A stretch of 64,000 bases of DNA from an uncultured Bacteroidota bacterium (lineage in GTDB: Bacteria; Bacteroidota; Bacteroidia; Chitinophagales; Chitinophagaceae), in NCBI GenBank assembly GCA_903819975.1, contig CAIJFI010000013.1:1025-65024 (forward strand), written 5' to 3'. The translations under genes and the position numbers were made by a program. Positions 1 to 11,007 of the stretch are shown here, piece by piece (within the stretch, counting starts at the first letter, position 1; every line of letters begins with the position of its first letter). The notes beneath the pieces were generated by a model. It ran no database searches. It worked only from the letters and a program-made list of their open reading frames with translations, and was not told where the DNA came from.

Positions 1-2270
1 CAAGAAGAGCTTTAGGACCAGCATTAGCTGATGGTTCTCAAGATTCTACTTACTACAAATATTATCCTGGTCACAATGATTTCTGGAAAACTGGTATGAT
101 CCAACAAACAGACTTCAATGTATCAAGTGGTGATGCAAATTCAACTCAATATTTCTCTGGTCAATATATTTCTCAAACAGGTACTACTCCTGGTGATAAC
201 TATAACCGTGCAAACGTGAGATTGAATGGTACAAGAAGATATACTAAGAATTTGTTTATGACATATTCTACTTCTTATACTCAAAACAGATACGATATTA
301 CATCGCAAACAACTTCTATGTATGATCAAATGTTGAACATGCCTAGTAACGTTGATATCACAAGATATTGGGATTGGAAAAACGATAAGTTCTCAAATCC
401 AAATGGTTTCTACAACCCTTGGTATCCAAACCCTTACTTTACTGCTGCTAATAACAGATCAACAGTTAGAAACGATTATTTAACTGCTAACATCGAGTTT
501 AAATATACTCCTGTTAAGAATTTAGATATCGTTGCTCGTCAAGGTATTTCTACAAGAAACGTATCTAATAAAGACTGGACTGGTGCTTTCCAATATACAG
601 ACTTCGCTAAGCATACCGATGGTAGTTCTAAATCAGACATCACTGGTACTGTAGCGGATGGTTCTTCTTATACAACTGAATTATTATCTGACTTCTTTGC
701 TCAGTATAATAAAACAATTAAAGAAGATTACACTGTTAAGTTAATTGCTGGTACTCAGTTCCAACAAGATCAATCTAAATATGTTAACGTAAGTGCAAGT
801 GGATTAGTAATCCCTAACTTATTTAACGTAAGCAATGGTGTAGGTACTCCTGGTGCAAGTGAATCAAACTACTTAGCGCGTAAAATGGGTGCTTATGGTG
901 ATGCTCGTTTTGGATATAAAAACTATTTATTCTTACACGTAACAGGACGTAATGACTGGGTTTCTACATTAGCTCCTGAAAACAGATCTTTCTTCTACCC
1001 ATCTGCTGACGTTTCTTTCATTGCATCTGATGCGATTAAAGCAATCAAAAATAGCAACACTATTAGCTATTTAAAGTTAAGAGGTGGTTGGTCTAAAGTA
1101 GGTCAAGTAAACTTAGGTGGTGAATTTGGTGCTTACCAATTGTTACCTACAGTTTCTTCTGCAAATGGTTTCCCTTTTGGTAGTCAACCTGGTTATACTA
1201 TTGGAAACACATTGGTTTCTTCTAGCTTAAAGCCTGAGATTACACAAGGTTACGAAGCAGGATTTGATTTAAACTTCTTGCATGACCGTGTAACTTCTAA
1301 CGTTACTTGGTATCATACAAATACTCAAAATCAAACTGTAAGTACTGGTGTTTCTAACTCTACTGGTTTCGGTAGTTTAATGACAAATACTGGTGAAACA
1401 ATGAGTGAAGGTTTAGAGACTACTTTACATATTACTCCAATCAAAAATAAAGATTGGACTGTAACTGTAGGTGGTAACTATACTTACTTAAATAACAAAG
1501 TATCTTTCATTAGCAACGACTTACCAAAATTAGCATTGGCTACTTATTCTAGTGGTGCTGGTTCTTATGCAGTTGCTGGTGCAGTATTCCCTGTTATTAT
1601 GGGTTATGATTATAAGAGAGATAATGCTGGTCACGTAATTGTTGATGCAAGCACTGGATTACCTACTAAATCAGATACTATTTCTGTATTAGGTAATGCA
1701 ACTGCAAAACACAAATTAGGTTTAGACGGTACTATCAAGTATAAAGCATTCTCATTATCATTTGTATTTGAATATCGTGGTGGTTACCAAATCTTTAACA
1801 GCATTGGTTCTGGAATGGACTGGTCTGGTACAGGTTGGAGAACTGCTATTTACGATCGTCAACGTTTTGTATTCCCTAATTCAGTTATTGCTGATCCAGC
1901 TAATCCTGGTAAGTATATCACTAATAAGACTATCGAAGTTGCGAATGGTAACGGTAACAATGGTTTCTGGACAGATGGTATCAACAGAGACGTAACTTCA
2001 AACTACGTTACATCGGCTGATTTCTGGAAGTTGAGAGAATTATCATTGTCTTACAATGTTCCTGCATCTTATTTAGCTAAAACTAAATTTATCAAAGGAT
2101 GTACTGTGAGCGTTCAAGGACGTAACTTATTTGTATGGTTAGCTAAAGACAACTACTATACCGATCCTGAATATAGCAGTGGCGGTAACTCTAGTAATGG
2201 TATTGGTTTGACAGGTTATCAAACACCACCATCAAGATACTATGGTGCAACTGTATCATTTAAATTCTAA
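1..2270 (+). CDS. SusC/RagA-family TonB-dependent outer membrane transporter (5'-truncated by window edge)
   Basis: Frame open from base 3. Beta-barrel signature motifs LKPEIT, GRNDWVS and SADFWKLREL; C-terminal Phe (…VSFKF); followed by a SusD-like gene. Confidence 0.95.
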   Translation, partial: RRALGPALADGSQDSTYYKYYPGHNDFWKTGMIQQTDFNVSSGDANSTQYFSGQYISQTGTTPGDNYNRANVRLNGTRRYTKNLFMTYSTSYTQNRYDITSQTTSMYDQMLNMPSNVDITRYWDWKNDKFSNPNGFYNPWYPNPYFTAANNRSTVRNDYLTANIEFKYTPVKNLDIVARQGISTRNVSNKDWTGAFQYTDFAKHTDGSSKSDITGTVADGSSYTTELLSDFFAQYNKTIKEDYTVKLIAGTQFQQDQSKYVNVSASGLVIPNLFNVSNGVGTPGASESNYLARKMGAYGDARFGYKNYLFLHVTGRNDWVSTLAPENRSFFYPSADVSFIASDAIKAIKNSNTISYLKLRGGWSKVGQVNLGGEFGAYQLLPTVSSANGFPFGSQPGYTIGNTLVSSSLKPEITQGYEAGFDLNFLHDRVTSNVTWYHTNTQNQTVSTGVSNSTGFGSLMTNTGETMSEGLETTLHITPIKNKDWTVTVGGNYTYLNNKVSFISNDLPKLALATYSSGAGSYAVAGAVFPVIMGYDYKRDNAGHVIVDASTGLPTKSDTISVLGNATAKHKLGLDGTIKYKAFSLSFVFEYRGGYQIFNSIGSGMDWSGTGWRTAIYDRQRFVFPNSVIADPANPGKYITNKTIEVANGNGNNGFWTDGINRDVTSNYVTSADFWKLRELSLSYNVPASYLAKTKFIKGCTVSVQGRNLFVWLAKDNYYTDPEYSSGGNSSNGIGLTGYQTPPSRYYGATVSFKF

Positions 2271-2339
2271 ATGATAAATAACCATCAAATTAATTTTAGC
2301 ATTAAATACTAAAGTGAAATGAAAAAAAAGATAAATTCT

Positions 2340-3920
2340 ATGAAAAAAATAACAGCAATAATACTATCAGGTGTGATGCTCCTAGCTTCATCCTGTACAA
2401 AGCAGTTGGATATTAACAATAATCCAAACGCTGCTACCTCTGCTACGCCAGAGTTAATATTGCCTCAAGCTTTAAACTATACAGCCGGTATGTTGAACTC
2501 GTTCAATACATACGGAGCTCAAGTTGGTGGCTATGCTGCTAACGCGGGTGGTTATGGTGGCTTCGGCACAAACTTTACTTACAATTTCGCATCAAGTGAT
2601 TATAGCGGATTGTTTACTAGTTCTTATGACTTATTAGAGGACTATCAATCAATCATTAATCAATCACAAGGTGTACCTACTTACAACTATTACAATGCAA
2701 TGGCTAAGATTATGAAAGCTTTGCATTTTCAATTGTTAGTGGACACTTATAATGATGTTCCTTACTCACAAGCTTTAAAAGGAGCTTCTGTTTTAAGTCC
2801 TAAATATGATGCAGCTGCAGATATTTACAAAGACTTAGCAGTGCAATTAGATTCTGCAATTACTTTAATTAATGCTGGAGCATCTGTTACAGCTATTAAA
2901 ACACCAAGTTCAACTCAAGACGGTTTATTTGGTGGTAACTTAACTAAGTGGAAGCAATTTGCTAACACATTAAAGTTGAGAATAATTGTAAGAGCTAATG
3001 GCAAAACAACTTTTGCAAACTCTACATTTAGCGCTGATGGTTTCTTAACTACAGATGCAATGATTAACCCAGGTTATACAAGAGACAACGGTAAACAAAA
3101 TCCTAAGTGGAATACATGGGGATGGAGTTATACTGGTGCTGCTGGTAACAAAGCTTGGATGCCTAGTACATTTGCTAGAGCATTCTACGATGGTATCAAA
3201 ATAACTGATAACGGAAGAGGTAAAGCTGTATACTATCAGTTCCCTATAACTTCAACTAATCAATTAGGTCAAGAGACTAACTCAACAGTTACTATTGCGT
3301 CTAGTCCAGAAGGTACTTTCTGGTTTCCTAGCACTAGCCGTACAGGTAGTTCAGCTGGTAATTCCACAGGTGCTTTAAAAGGACCAAATGCTGGTATGCC
3401 ATTGTTGACTGCTGCAGAAAGTTACTTTATCCAAGCAGAAGCTGCATTAAAAGGTATTATAACTGGAACACCAGCTACATTGTATAACAATGGTATCGTA
3501 GCTTCATTTAAATATTTATATGCATTGCCTGATGGAAGTTATGGTACTACTTTAACTAATCCTACAGCTGATGCGGCAACATATTTAACTGATAACGCTA
3601 CTAACCGTTTAGTTAACTATTCATTAGCAACAACTACTGCACAACAATTAGAAGCCATTATTACTCAAAAATGGGTAGCATTGAATTTTGTAAACAGTGA
3701 GCAATCTTGGAATGACTACAGAAGAACTGGTTATCCAGCTTTAATTAGTACTCCAGGTGCAACTGCAACTCAAACATTCGCTTCTAAATATTCTGAAAGT
3801 ACAAGACCAGATCATTTGCCTACAAGAATTTTATACCCTCCTAGTGAAGGTGCATACAATTCAAGTAATGTTCCAAAAGGCATTTCTCCTTTTACTTCTC
3901 TAATATTTTGGGCTCAATAA
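2340..3920 (+). CDS. SusD/RagB-family nutrient-binding lipoprotein
   Basis: Lipobox LLASSC; LVDTYNDVPYSQA, WKQFANTLKLR, IITQKWVA and WNDYRRTGYP motifs. ORF track start is 2319; ATG 2340 preferred. Confidence 0.93.
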   Translation: MKKITAIILSGVMLLASSCTKQLDINNNPNAATSATPELILPQALNYTAGMLNSFNTYGAQVGGYAANAGGYGGFGTNFTYNFASSDYSGLFTSSYDLLEDYQSIINQSQGVPTYNYYNAMAKIMKALHFQLLVDTYNDVPYSQALKGASVLSPKYDAAADIYKDLAVQLDSAITLINAGASVTAIKTPSSTQDGLFGGNLTKWKQFANTLKLRIIVRANGKTTFANSTFSADGFLTTDAMINPGYTRDNGKQNPKWNTWGWSYTGAAGNKAWMPSTFARAFYDGIKITDNGRGKAVYYQFPITSTNQLGQETNSTVTIASSPEGTFWFPSTSRTGSSAGNSTGALKGPNAGMPLLTAAESYFIQAEAALKGIITGTPATLYNNGIVASFKYLYALPDGSYGTTLTNPTADAATYLTDNATNRLVNYSLATTTAQQLEAIITQKWVALNFVNSEQSWNDYRRTGYPALISTPGATATQTFASKYSESTRPDHLPTRILYPPSEGAYNSSNVPKGISPFTSLIFWAQ

Positions 3921-3939
3921 TTTTTAAAATATTTAGAAA

Positions 3940-4893
3940 ATGAAAAATATGAAAATAAAATTTTTAGCCTTAGGTTCTGCTGTATTAATGCTTACTTCTT
4001 GTTTAAAAGAAGCAACAATGAACACGGATCCTTCGACAGCAACTAACGTAATTGAGTTGAATAATACCGGAGACAATATTACCTCATCAGGTATCGCTGG
4101 TTATTATTCAGATTTAGGCGCGGTTGCTTCAGGCGCAAGTAAAACTTTCAACATTAATGTACACTATACAGGACCAGGTACTGCACCTGAAGACATCGTA
4201 GTAACATTAACTGCTGATCAAGCAACTTTAACTGCTTATAACACAACAAATGGTACTTCTAAAATAATACCTCCAGCTACTGTTATAAATTTTCCAACAT
4301 CTGTTACCATTAAAAAAGGAACTAGCCAAACTACTGTAGTAGCTACAGTTACGGTAAGTCCAGATTTTAATTTTAACGCTGCTTATGGTTTACCAATTAA
4401 AGTAACAGCAGTTAGCAAAGGAACTATTAGTGCAAACTATGCAGCTTCTGTATATTCTTTTGGTGTTAGAAACGTTTATGACGGTTCATTTAATGTTTCT
4501 GGTACTTTAGTTGATGCAGGTAGCTCAGCAATTACTGGTAAATATCCTTTTGCTGCATACTTGGTAACAAGTGGAGCAACAACTGTTAGACTATATGACA
4601 GAGTAATTGGTGGATACTACCACTGTATTTTAAGTGGTAGTTCATTGTCTTACTATGGTGCTTTTGGTCTAGAATTTACAATTAATTCTAGTAATAAAGT
4701 AACAAGTGTAGTTAATATCTACGGACAGCCATCGTCAAACGGTAGATCTGCAACTTTAGATCCTTCTGGAACTAATACTTGGGATCCAACTACTAAGACT
4801 TTAAAAGTAAAGTATTGGATGGATCAACCTTCTGTAATTGCAGGTCATAGAGTTGCTTTTGATGAAACTTATACTTATGTTGGTGTAAGATAG
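3940..4893 (+). CDS. DUF1735-type surface lipoprotein (SusE/F-like accessory)
   Basis: Lipobox MLTSC; YGLPIKV motif typical of DUF1735; third gene of a susCD locus. Confidence 0.75.
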   Translation: MKNMKIKFLALGSAVLMLTSCLKEATMNTDPSTATNVIELNNTGDNITSSGIAGYYSDLGAVASGASKTFNINVHYTGPGTAPEDIVVTLTADQATLTAYNTTNGTSKIIPPATVINFPTSVTIKKGTSQTTVVATVTVSPDFNFNAAYGLPIKVTAVSKGTISANYAASVYSFGVRNVYDGSFNVSGTLVDAGSSAITGKYPFAAYLVTSGATTVRLYDRVIGGYYHCILSGSSLSYYGAFGLEFTINSSNKVTSVVNIYGQPSSNGRSATLDPSGTNTWDPTTKTLKVKYWMDQPSVIAGHRVAFDETYTYVGVR

Positions 4894-4925
4894 TAATCTG
4901 AAAAATACAAGGTTAAATATTACCT

Positions 4926-4960
4926 AAAAGGGCCGCCATTTATTTGGCGGCCCTTTTTTT
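4926..4960 (+). terminator. Rho-independent terminator of the susCD operon
   Basis: aaaagggccgcca-tttatt-tggcggccctttt followed by a T-run. Confidence 0.9.
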
Positions 4961-5000
4961 GTTATAGGTATTTCGTAGCTTCACAGTAAATATCATTGTC

Positions 5001-5723
5001 ATGAAGAACAAAATTTTATTATTAATAGTGTTACTGATTGGTGCAACATCTTTAAATGCACAAACTACAAAATGGATTAAGAATAGAGTTTCAGTTAATC
5101 TTGTTGAAAATGCTGAACATACAAAAGTAGGCGGGAAGAAAGTTAAAAATGGTGAATGCTTTGTAATAGATTTAAATAATGCCGAATTGGCAAGAGGTAA
5201 TTATAAAAATGGCAAAAAAGATAGCATCTGGAACTATTATGGAAAGAACGGTGATTTAATCCAAGTGTATGATTACACCAATAAAAAATTAATGTATAAT
5301 GTTGTAGATAGAAACACAATAGTTGCAGAAGCTTATGTAATTGATACTACTAATTATCACAATGCAAAACTTACAATGCCTGTTAAATTGGGTGGCGTTA
5401 ATTATGGTTTTAATCTTTTGTATAACGAACGCAATTTACCAACTGCGGTAAAGCAACAAACAGACAAGGTATTAATGGAGTATGTATTTTCGGTTTCTGA
5501 GACTGGTAAAGTAGAAAGTGTGAGTCTTAACTATGCATCTACATTTTACAATTCCGAAAACCCTCAATCTATAGATTCAGATATTCCAGATGCATATGAT
5601 TTTTTACCTGCTACTATTAATGGGAAGCCTGTAAAAAGCAAGTTTGTTTATCAAATTATCATGGAAGTAAGCCAGGCTAGAGATAAAGCATTGTATGCTA
5701 TTCCAACACAAGGAAATCACTAG
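5001..5723 (+). CDS. Secreted protein with MORN/YwqK-like repeat and TonB C-terminal-like domain
   Basis: Signal peptide; GNYKNGKKDSIWNYY repeat; C-terminal PATINGKPVKSK resembles TonB_C. Confidence 0.55.
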   Translation: MKNKILLLIVLLIGATSLNAQTTKWIKNRVSVNLVENAEHTKVGGKKVKNGECFVIDLNNAELARGNYKNGKKDSIWNYYGKNGDLIQVYDYTNKKLMYNVVDRNTIVAEAYVIDTTNYHNAKLTMPVKLGGVNYGFNLLYNERNLPTAVKQQTDKVLMEYVFSVSETGKVESVSLNYASTFYNSENPQSIDSDIPDAYDFLPATINGKPVKSKFVYQIIMEVSQARDKALYAIPTQGNH

Positions 5724-5728
5724 ATAAT

Positions 5729-6925
5729 TTATACAATGTTGTGTGGATACGCTTTTAATCCTGCTTCCAAACAATCCATTGCTGCATTAATATCTTGCTC
5801 GTTTAATACGTAGGCCAATCTTACCTCGTTTTTCCCAAGGCCTGGCGTGGTATAAAATCCGCTTGCAGGCGCAAGCATAATTGTTGCATTATCTTTTCTA
5901 AAGCTAGTTAATAGCCATTGGCAAAAAGCATCGGTATCTGCAACAGGCAATTTAGCCATTGCATAAAAAGCGCCTTGTGGGCTTTGGCAATAAACACCTT
6001 CCATTTTAGACAGTCTACCTATTAAAGTGTCACGTCTTTTTTTATATTCAGCCCTTGTAGCTTCAAAGTAATCGGCTGGTAATCCCAAAGCCGCTTCTGC
6101 AGCAATTTGCTCCAATGTAGGCGGACTTAATCTAGCTTGCGAGAATTTCATTACCGCCTCAATCACTGCCTTGTTTTTGGTCACTAAAGCCCCAATACGC
6201 GCACCGCATGCCGAGTACTTTTTGGAAAAAGTATCAATCATGATAACTCGATCCTCAACACCCTCCAATGTTAAAGTACTTTTTACTTTTCCGTCGTAAC
6301 AAAACTCAGTATATGCTTCGTCAGAGAATAAGTAAAGGTCCTTTTCTTTAATCAAATCTCTTATTTGCAAAAGCTCCAATTCACTATAAACATAACCAGT
6401 TGGATTGTTGGGATTACAAATAAATATTCCTTTGGTCTTTGAAGTAATTTTTTCTCTAAATGATTCAATAGGTGGTAACGCAAATCCAGATTCAATAGTG
6501 GAAGTTATTGGAATAATTTTAATGCCAGCAGCCATGGCAAATCCAATGTAGTTTGCATAGAATGGTTCAGGTACAATAATTTCGTCACCTGCATCTAAGC
6601 ATGCCATAAATGCAAATAAGATCCCTTCGCTGCCACCAATAGTTATTAATATATCGCTATAATCAACATTAATTTCTTTGGATTGATAATACCCTGCTAA
6701 TTTTTTTCTGAAACTTAATATACCCGCGCTGTCTGTGTATTCTAACACTTTCAAATGGGCATTGCTCACTGCATCCATCATTACTGCAGGTGTTTCAATA
6801 TCGGGCTGTCCAATATTTAAATGATAAACTTTAACGCCTTCTTTTTTTGCATTATCTGCAAATGATGCCAACTTCCTAATAGGAGAGGAAGGCATGTTTT
6901 TTCCACGTTCACTAATTGTTATCAT
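5729..6925 (-). CDS. PLP-dependent aminotransferase class I/II (aspartate aminotransferase-like)
   Basis: NIGQPD, CNPNNPTG, SDEAY, TFSKKYSACGARIG (PLP lysine). Confidence 0.92.
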   Translation of the reverse strand: MITISERGKNMPSSPIRKLASFADNAKKEGVKVYHLNIGQPDIETPAVMMDAVSNAHLKVLEYTDSAGILSFRKKLAGYYQSKEINVDYSDILITIGGSEGILFAFMACLDAGDEIIVPEPFYANYIGFAMAAGIKIIPITSTIESGFALPPIESFREKITSKTKGIFICNPNNPTGYVYSELELLQIRDLIKEKDLYLFSDEAYTEFCYDGKVKSTLTLEGVEDRVIMIDTFSKKYSACGARIGALVTKNKAVIEAVMKFSQARLSPPTLEQIAAEAALGLPADYFEATRAEYKKRRDTLIGRLSKMEGVYCQSPQGAFYAMAKLPVADTDAFCQWLLTSFRKDNATIMLAPASGFYTTPGLGKNEVRLAYVLNEQDINAAMDCLEAGLKAYPHNIV

Positions 6926-7036
6926 TCAAGCAAAGATAAGCGCAGCATGCTACAAAAACAAAGTGCTACCTAAGTATTGAAACCTAGATAGCACTTTTAT
7001 TATTTAATATTAACTGATGTAAGTTAATATTTGAAA

Positions 7037-7399
7037 CTACTTTATTACTTCTCCTTCAATCACTAATTCTGTAACATCTTTTTCACCAGCATATTTTACA
7101 GTGACTCTCTTTTTAAATACACCTTCGTTAGGCGCTGTGTAAGTAACTTTAATACTTCCTTTTTGTCCCTTTAATACTGGGTTTTGATTATAGTCGGGTT
7201 GAGTACATCCGCATTCGGCGTTTGCAAATTCAATCACAGCTGGTTTGTTTCCCAAATTGGTATAACTAAATATCACAGACTTGTGTACCCCCTTTTTAAT
7301 CTTGCCATAATTATAGCTTAATGCGTCAAATTTAATAGTGCTTTGAGCAGAGGCGCCTAAAGTAAATAACAGGGCAAATAACAATAGCTTAATTTTCAT
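7037..7399 (-). CDS. DUF1573 domain secreted protein
   Basis: Signal peptide; ECGCT motif; PVLKGQKGSIKVTY. Confidence 0.85.
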   Translation of the reverse strand: MKIKLLLFALLFTLGASAQSTIKFDALSYNYGKIKKGVHKSVIFSYTNLGNKPAVIEFANAECGCTQPDYNQNPVLKGQKGSIKVTYTAPNEGVFKKRVTVKYAGEKDVTELVIEGEVIK

Positions 7400-7557
7400 T
7401 TTATTGAGTTTAATATTAATAGTGTTTGAACTTTATTTCAGCCTATTTTGGCTTAAAAAAGCGTGTTTTTCGTAGGCTAAATTATTGAAAAATCGGTAAT
7501 TAGGGGTTTTTATCTATTTATTGATTTTTATTGCATTTTGACCCCTACTTTTGTAAA

Positions 7558-9936
7558 ATGGAATCCAAAGTCGACGCAGCATCTACCCAAGAAGTGCTTT
7601 CTTTTGAGGCATTTCGAGATTCGGTAATAGCCGATTATCGCGTGGCTTTAGCAAGCAGAGAGGTGAGCTTATTGGGTAGGAGAGAAGTATTAACAGGTAA
7701 GGCAAAATTTGGCATCTTTGGAGATGGCAAAGAGGTGGCGCAGGTAGCCTTGGCTAAATTTTTTCAAAAGGGAGATTTTAGAAGTGGATATTACCGTGAT
7801 CAAACATTCATGTTTGCATTAGGTGTTGCAAATACCGAACATTATTTTTCTCAATTATACGCCGACGTTCATAACGACCCTTATAGCGGTGGTAAAAATA
7901 TGAACGCACATTTTGCTACTCCATTTGTAAATGAAAAAGGAGAGTGGAATGATTTAGTTAATAGGTTTAATATTTCGGCCGATATCGCACCTACTGCAGG
8001 ACAAATGGTAAGAGGCTTGGGTATGGCATTTGCCTCTAATTGTTTTAGAGCTTCAAAACACAAGGATCAGTTAGCTCATTTAAGTAATAATGGAAACGAG
8101 GTTTGTTTTTGTACTATTGGAGATGCAAGTACATCCGAAGGTCATTTTTGGGAAACAGTAAATGCTGCTGGAGTTGTACAAGCGCCATTAGCGATTATTG
8201 TTTTTGATGATGGCTACGGCATTTCAGTTCCAACTAAATTACAAACAACTAAAGGATCTATTTCCGAAGCGTTAAAAGGCTTTGAGAAAAAAGAAGGAAC
8301 GAATGGAATAAAAATATACACAGTTAAAGGATGGGATTATGCTTCTTTATGTGAAACCTTTGAGGAAGGCATTGCTTTTACACGTGCAACGCATATTCCT
8401 GTTTTATTTCATGTGCAAGAATTGACACAGCCTCAAGGGCATTCTACAAGTGGTAGCCATGAACGTTATAAGTCGGGCGAAAGATTGGATTGGGAAAGAG
8501 AATGGGATTGTAATAAAAAAATGCGTGAGTGGTTAATAATTAATGAACTAACCACGGACGAAGCTTTGCAAGAATTAGAATCAGAAGTAAAAAAGGAAGT
8601 AAAACTAGCCAAAGAATTAGCTTGGTCTAAATATATTAACCCTATTAAGGATAAAATTGCAGAAGCAGCTGCATTGGCAGTTCAAGGGTTAGATGGTGAT
8701 GTATTGAATACTACAAATAGTTTATTGAATGAACTTGTAAATAATAAAGAACCTTTAAAGAGAAATATTTTTAGAAATTTAAATTTATTGCTTGAACAAG
8801 TACCATCGCATCCTAATGCAAAAGTGATAAAAAATTTATTGGAGGAATATTTAAAACAAGAACAGCCTTTTTATAGCAAAAATTTATACAATCAAACACA
8901 AAAGAGTACTTTAAATGTTTCTATTGTGGATCCAATTATAGATGAAACTTCTAAAGTGATTAATGGATATGAAGTATTAAACCATTACTTTGATAAATTA
9001 TTTGAAAGCAATCCATTGGTATATGCTTTTGGCGAAGACTTAGGAAATATTGGTGACGTAAACCAAGGCTTTGCCGGATTACAATCCAAGCATGGCGTTG
9101 ACAGAATTTTTGACACTGGCATTAGAGAGCAAACAATTATGGGGCAAGCGCATGGCATGGCTATGCGTGGATTGAGACCTATTGCAGAGATACAATATTT
9201 GGATTATTTACTATATGGGTTACAAACTTTAAGTGATGATGTTGCTACACTTCATTATCGTAGCAATGGTATTCAGAGTAGTCCTGTGATTATTCGAACA
9301 AGAGGTCACCGCTTAGAAGGTATTTTTCACAGTGGTTCTCCTATGGGAATGATAATTAATTCATTAAGAGGAATGTTTGTTTGTGTGCCAAGAAATATGG
9401 TGCAAGCAGTGGGCATGTATAATACTTTATTAAAAGGGAATGACCCTGCTTTGTTAATTGAATGCTTAAATGGATATCGATTAAAAGAGACGATGCCAAA
9501 TAATATCACAGAATTCACAGTTGCTTTAGGCAAGCCTGAAGTAATAAGAGAAGGAGATGATATTACTGTTGTTTCTTATGGTTCTACATTAAGAATTATA
9601 GAAGATGCAGCAGAAAGACTAAGTGCCTTAGGCATTGAATGTGAAATTATAGATGTGCAAACTTTATTGCCTTTTGATATTAATCATCAAATTGTTGCAT
9701 CACTTAAAAAGACAAATAGAATTGTATTTGTTGACGAAGATGTGCCCGGTGGTGCAAGCGCTTATATGTATCAGCAAGTAATTGAAAAGCAAGGTGGGTA
9801 TAGATGGTTAGATGTTGCTGCAAGAACCATTAGCTCAAAGGATCATCGTCCTGCATATGCTAGCGATGGAGATTATTTTTCTAAGCCAAACACTGAAGAT
9901 ATTATCACTGTAATTAGTGAGATGATGGCAGAGTAG
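7558..9936 (+). CDS. Fused 2-oxoacid dehydrogenase E1 alpha/beta (branched-chain type, TPP-dependent)
   Basis: GDASTSEG TPP motif; FGEDLGNIGDV, DTGIREQ and transketolase C-terminal motifs. ATG 7558 preferred over TTG 7531. Confidence 0.9.
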   Translation: MESKVDAASTQEVLSFEAFRDSVIADYRVALASREVSLLGRREVLTGKAKFGIFGDGKEVAQVALAKFFQKGDFRSGYYRDQTFMFALGVANTEHYFSQLYADVHNDPYSGGKNMNAHFATPFVNEKGEWNDLVNRFNISADIAPTAGQMVRGLGMAFASNCFRASKHKDQLAHLSNNGNEVCFCTIGDASTSEGHFWETVNAAGVVQAPLAIIVFDDGYGISVPTKLQTTKGSISEALKGFEKKEGTNGIKIYTVKGWDYASLCETFEEGIAFTRATHIPVLFHVQELTQPQGHSTSGSHERYKSGERLDWEREWDCNKKMREWLIINELTTDEALQELESEVKKEVKLAKELAWSKYINPIKDKIAEAAALAVQGLDGDVLNTTNSLLNELVNNKEPLKRNIFRNLNLLLEQVPSHPNAKVIKNLLEEYLKQEQPFYSKNLYNQTQKSTLNVSIVDPIIDETSKVINGYEVLNHYFDKLFESNPLVYAFGEDLGNIGDVNQGFAGLQSKHGVDRIFDTGIREQTIMGQAHGMAMRGLRPIAEIQYLDYLLYGLQTLSDDVATLHYRSNGIQSSPVIIRTRGHRLEGIFHSGSPMGMIINSLRGMFVCVPRNMVQAVGMYNTLLKGNDPALLIECLNGYRLKETMPNNITEFTVALGKPEVIREGDDITVVSYGSTLRIIEDAAERLSALGIECEIIDVQTLLPFDINHQIVASLKKTNRIVFVDEDVPGGASAYMYQQVIEKQGGYRWLDVAARTISSKDHRPAYASDGDYFSKPNTEDIITVISEMMAE

Positions 9937-10180
9937 ATAAATTATATCCCTCTAATTTTTGGGTATGCTCTAGGGAGCCAAGTCTTACTTTGACTTGTAT
10001 TTTTGTTTGTTTTTCTATAGCTCTCTCTGTATTACAAAAAAATCCTGTTTTAGTAGTGTAATAATTCGCAGGTACTTGTGCTTCATGGGTAATTGCATAC
10101 ATATTAAATACAGGTCTAGTGGTGTCTTTTACTTTTGGTAAAAGACACCCAGCTAATAATATGGTGTTTAGTAAATGCAT
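9914..10180 (-). CDS. Small hypothetical, probably exported protein
   Basis: Starts 10 nt after the yebC stop; hydrophobic N-terminus. GFFC…E…EK.T…RLGSL.…LEG resembles a recurring Bacteroidota hypothetical family (from memory, unverified). Confidence 0.55.
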   Translation of the reverse strand: MHLLNTILLAGCLLPKVKDTTRPVFNMYAITHEAQVPANYYTTKTGFFCNTERAIEKQTKIQVKVRLGSLEHTQKLEGYNLSTLPSSH

Positions 10181-10190
10181 GGATCAATGA

Positions 10191-10913
10191 TTACCCCATG
10201 TTGTGGAACACTTTGTTCACGTCTTCGTCTTCTTCTAATCTTTCAATTAATTTACTAATATCTTCTGCTTGCTCATCAGATACTGGAACAGTAGTTGAAG
10301 GGATCCACTCAAACTCGGCACTAATTACGTTTAATTTTTTTGCTTCTAATTCTTTTTGCAAATTACCAAAATCGGTGAAAGCACATCTTAATACTAATAT
10401 AGGATTGCCGTTGTCATCTGAACTATCTCCCAATTCGTCTAGGCCATGATCAATTAATTCTAATTCTAAATAATCCATTACAAGACCTTCTGGGTTTAAT
10501 TTAAATACACCCATTTTCTTAAATTGAAAACTTACACTACCACTATTTCCCATTGCTCCACCACCTTTATTAAAATGACTCTTAACATTGGCAACTGTTC
10601 TAACGTGATTATCGGTAGCTGTTTCCACTAATAATGCAACACCATGAGGTGCGTATCCTTCGTATAAAATTTCTTCGTAGTTACTTGTATCCTTACCCAT
10701 TGCACGCTTAATAGCAGCTTCCACTCTATCCTTAGGCATACCAGCACTTCTCGCATTTTGATAACATCTTCTCAATGCCGGGTTATCATCAGGGTTAGGG
10801 CCACCTGCTTTAACTGCAATTACTATCTCTTTACCTATGCGGGTAAATTGTTTTGCCATACGGTCAAATCGCTTGAACATTGTGGCCTTTCTTACTTCAA
10901 AAATCCTTCCCAT
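10191..10913 (-). CDS. yebC: YebC/PmpR family protein
   Basis: [38 protein letters not shown] motifs. Confidence 0.95.
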   Translation of the reverse strand: MGRIFEVRKATMFKRFDRMAKQFTRIGKEIVIAVKAGGPNPDDNPALRRCYQNARSAGMPKDRVEAAIKRAMGKDTSNYEEILYEGYAPHGVALLVETATDNHVRTVANVKSHFNKGGGAMGNSGSVSFQFKKMGVFKLNPEGLVMDYLELELIDHGLDELGDSSDDNGNPILVLRCAFTDFGNLQKELEAKKLNVISAEFEWIPSTTVPVSDEQAEDISKLIERLEEDEDVNKVFHNMG

Positions 10914-10946
10914 AGTATTTATTTAAGGTCTGCAAAAATAAGGCAA

Positions 10947-10978
10947 AAAAAATAGCCAGACAATTCAGTCTGGCTATT
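10947..10978 (-). terminator. Terminator after the amino-acid permease
   Basis: aatagccagac-aattca-gtctggctatt with an A-run on the left (U-tract on the minus strand). Confidence 0.8.
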
Positions 10979-11007
10979 CCTATGATTAAAACTAAGAATT
11001 CTGCTGC

